Shown: piece by piece, positions 62,294 through 64,000 of the stretch | Position numbering within the stretch: position 1 is the stretch's first letter | How the letters are laid out: every line of letters begins with the position of its first letter | Assembly: GCA_963760795.1 (NCBI GenBank) | Contig: CAVXEP010000008.1 | Location: 1 to 64,000 of the forward strand | Source of the DNA: an uncultured delta proteobacterium | GTDB taxonomy: Bacteria > Desulfobacterota > Binatia > UBA9968 | Direction of reading: 5' to 3' | Length of the DNA: 64,000 nt | Program-made: the position numbers and the translations under genes | Notes under the pieces: model-generated | Database searches by the model: none | Told to the model about the DNA's origin: nothing | Seen by the model: only the letters and a program-made list of their open reading frames with translations

Positions 62294-62815
62294 TTATGGC
62301 GCTATCGCCAGCTTCGAATGACGGCGCCAAAAGTACACTGCCATCGTGCCCGCTGCGAGTAGATTGCCGACCAGGACTGCCGGCAATGCCAAAGCCCGGA
62401 GTATGGGTTCGGCAAAAGCCATTGCCGCGGCGACAAAGCCAAACTCAAAGATGACGAACAGCAATAAGATTCCGAAACCAACTTCAAAATCGTGTTCCGC
62501 CAGCGCGAGAAGTTTCGCGGCCACGCCGCCGATCACGCAGAATATCAACGCGTGAACCCAGGTATAGAACACGACTAAATCCAGCGAGATCGGAGCTGTG
62601 GCAGGGTCAGGGATGGTGCGGGAAAGAGACAGCGCGGCGCCCAAAACGTTGGGGGTGTAAAAGGGTCTGCCGTTATAAAGATCGACAATGAAAAACCAGA
62701 TGGCAATCGTTGCCGCGCCAATCAGACCGCCGACCACTCCTTCGACGTACACTCCGGAAAGTTCTGCTTCAGAAACCACGGCAGGCACGCTCGTGGTATG
62801 AGATTGAAGCGCCAT
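62294..62815 (-). CDS. 4-TM hypothetical membrane protein
   Basis: AAGGAGG RBS; hydrophobic segments; GRPFYTP..LG and YTWVH motifs. Confidence 0.75.
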   Translation of the reverse strand: MALQSHTTSVPAVVSEAELSGVYVEGVVGGLIGAATIAIWFFIVDLYNGRPFYTPNVLGAALSLSRTIPDPATAPISLDLVVFYTWVHALIFCVIGGVAAKLLALAEHDFEVGFGILLLFVIFEFGFVAAAMAFAEPILRALALPAVLVGNLLAAGTMAVYFWRRHSKLAIAP

Positions 62816-62852
62816 AAACCCTCCTTGCCGGGCTGGAGATCGCCCCGTTTGC

Positions 62853-62868
62853 AGCATCGCAACCGCCA
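62853..62868 (-). promoter_or_regulatory. Possible sigma54 promoter
   Basis: TGGCGGTTGCGATGCT (GG-N10-GC); 9-bp inverted repeat CTACCTGTT/AACAGGTAG at 62874-62920. Confidence 0.45.
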
Positions 62869-63024
62869 ATCCTCTACCTGTTAAAACGCTAGCACCTACT
62901 TTCCGGCTGTCAACAGGTAGTTTCTAGATCTACCGCCCGTAGCCTATAGTGCGGATTGAAACCAACTTATAGTGACCGGTTCCCTTGCAACATGAGGTCA
63001 ATAATTCTAAATGACACAAATAAT

Positions 63025-64000
63025 ATGACCAAAGTCCTAGTCATCGCGAAAGATCCGGCTATCGCTAACTTACTGGCGACTCGACTGCCCAACGAGCTGG
63101 TAACCGAAGCCGTGAGTTCGTCAGACCAGGCCAAGGAGAAACTACATGCGCGCAAGTTCGATCTGGTAATCTATGATGCCGACTCAGTGGCGTCGCAACG
63201 GGCAAAAACCTTACAGCTCTTGGCGAAACTGGCTCGCAAACGGCCCGAGACTAGAGCCATTGTCATATCGGATAGCGAAGAACTCCACGCTTCCGGCGCC
63301 GGCTTGAACGAGTTCGAATGGCTCGAGCGGCCGCTCGACGAATCCCATATGTTGACGATCGTCAGCGCCGGATTACCCGGCAAGTCGCAATCGGAAACGG
63401 CTATGAGCGACTCATCCGCCTTATTTTCGCCAACGGACTTTGAAGGCATCATGGCGATCAGCTTGCCGATGCGCTTTGTCCTCCAGCAAGCGATTGAGAC
63501 GGCGGCTGTGGACGCTCCAGTACTGATCACCGGGGAAACCGGCACCGGCAAGGACATGGTGGCCGCGGCGATTCACAAACGCAGCAAGCGCCAACACCGT
63601 CCTTACGTACCGGTAAACATGGGGGCGATCCCCCATGAGCTTATCGCGAGCGAACTTTTTGGCCATGAAAAAGGCTCGTTCACCGGCGCGGCCGATGGCC
63701 ACTTGGGAGTCTTCGAGCAAGCCCGAGGGGGAACTATCTTCCTCGATGAGATTGTGACCATGGATGAGAAAACCCAGGTCAGCCTGCTAAGAGTCCTGGA
63801 AACCAAGACCATGCGCAGGGTCGGTGGCACTAAGGATATCGATGTCGATGCCCGAGTGATCGCCGCGACCAATGAAAATATCGAGGAAACCGTCAAGGCG
63901 CGGCGTTTCCGCGAAGACCTGTATTATCGTCTTGATGTCTTCCGAATCCACCTGCCGCCCTTGCGGGAGCGTCCCGGCGACGTAACTTTTTTGACCAATC
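63025..64000 (+). CDS. sigma54-dependent enhancer-binding protein with atypical receiver domain (runs off window; absent from ORF track)
   Basis: Open frame from ATG 63025: GETGTGKD, ELFGHEKGSFTGA, FLDEI, RVIAATN, FREDLYYRL. Confidence 0.93.
   Translation, partial: MTKVLVIAKDPAIANLLATRLPNELVTEAVSSSDQAKEKLHARKFDLVIYDADSVASQRAKTLQLLAKLARKRPETRAIVISDSEELHASGAGLNEFEWLERPLDESHMLTIVSAGLPGKSQSETAMSDSSALFSPTDFEGIMAISLPMRFVLQQAIETAAVDAPVLITGETGTGKDMVAAAIHKRSKRQHRPYVPVNMGAIPHELIASELFGHEKGSFTGAADGHLGVFEQARGGTIFLDEIVTMDEKTQVSLLRVLETKTMRRVGGTKDIDVDARVIAATNENIEETVKARRFREDLYYRLDVFRIHLPPLRERPGDVTFLTN

Overview
GC-rich bacterial chromosomal DNA. I found no rRNA, tRNA, CRISPR array, transposase or phage structural gene. 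The gene content suggests a Candidatus Binatia-like deltaproteobacterial genome (inference only): about 10 stand-alone NMT1/SsuA-type substrate-binding proteins (SBPs), LLM oxidoreductases, amidohydrolases, UbiD, SDRs, cupins and TctCBA. Bases 1-31 kb and 43-49 kb are an accessory catabolic mosaic of SBP-plus-enzyme mini-operons. Bases 31-43 kb carry a family-B DNA polymerase, PAC2, GT2, TrmI, ManC and RluA. Bases 49.9-58 kb are a housekeeping block (DUF1844, degP, mrcB, LpoP-like, tsaD, rsmA, mutM). The window ends in a sigma54 regulatory region. About 18 genes carry single-base frameshifts clustered in a few stretches, most likely long-read consensus errors. Best novelty candidates: (1) an operon with two paralogous SDR-fold proteins that both lack the catalytic tetrad but share new conserved residues, flanking a bicupin and an SBP (20515-24048); (2) a sigma54-driven small ORF followed by a structured 3' RNA with an anti-Shine-Dalgarno loop (12365-12794); (3) a CADD-like diiron enzyme operon; (4) an orphan integron cassette with a decayed attC; (5) a PolB with both ExoIII catalytic residues substituted; (6) a full sigma54 enhancer-promoter architecture ahead of an uncharacterised protein; (7) several nested palindromic repeat families. 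All family calls come from motif recognition by eye; no database search was run.
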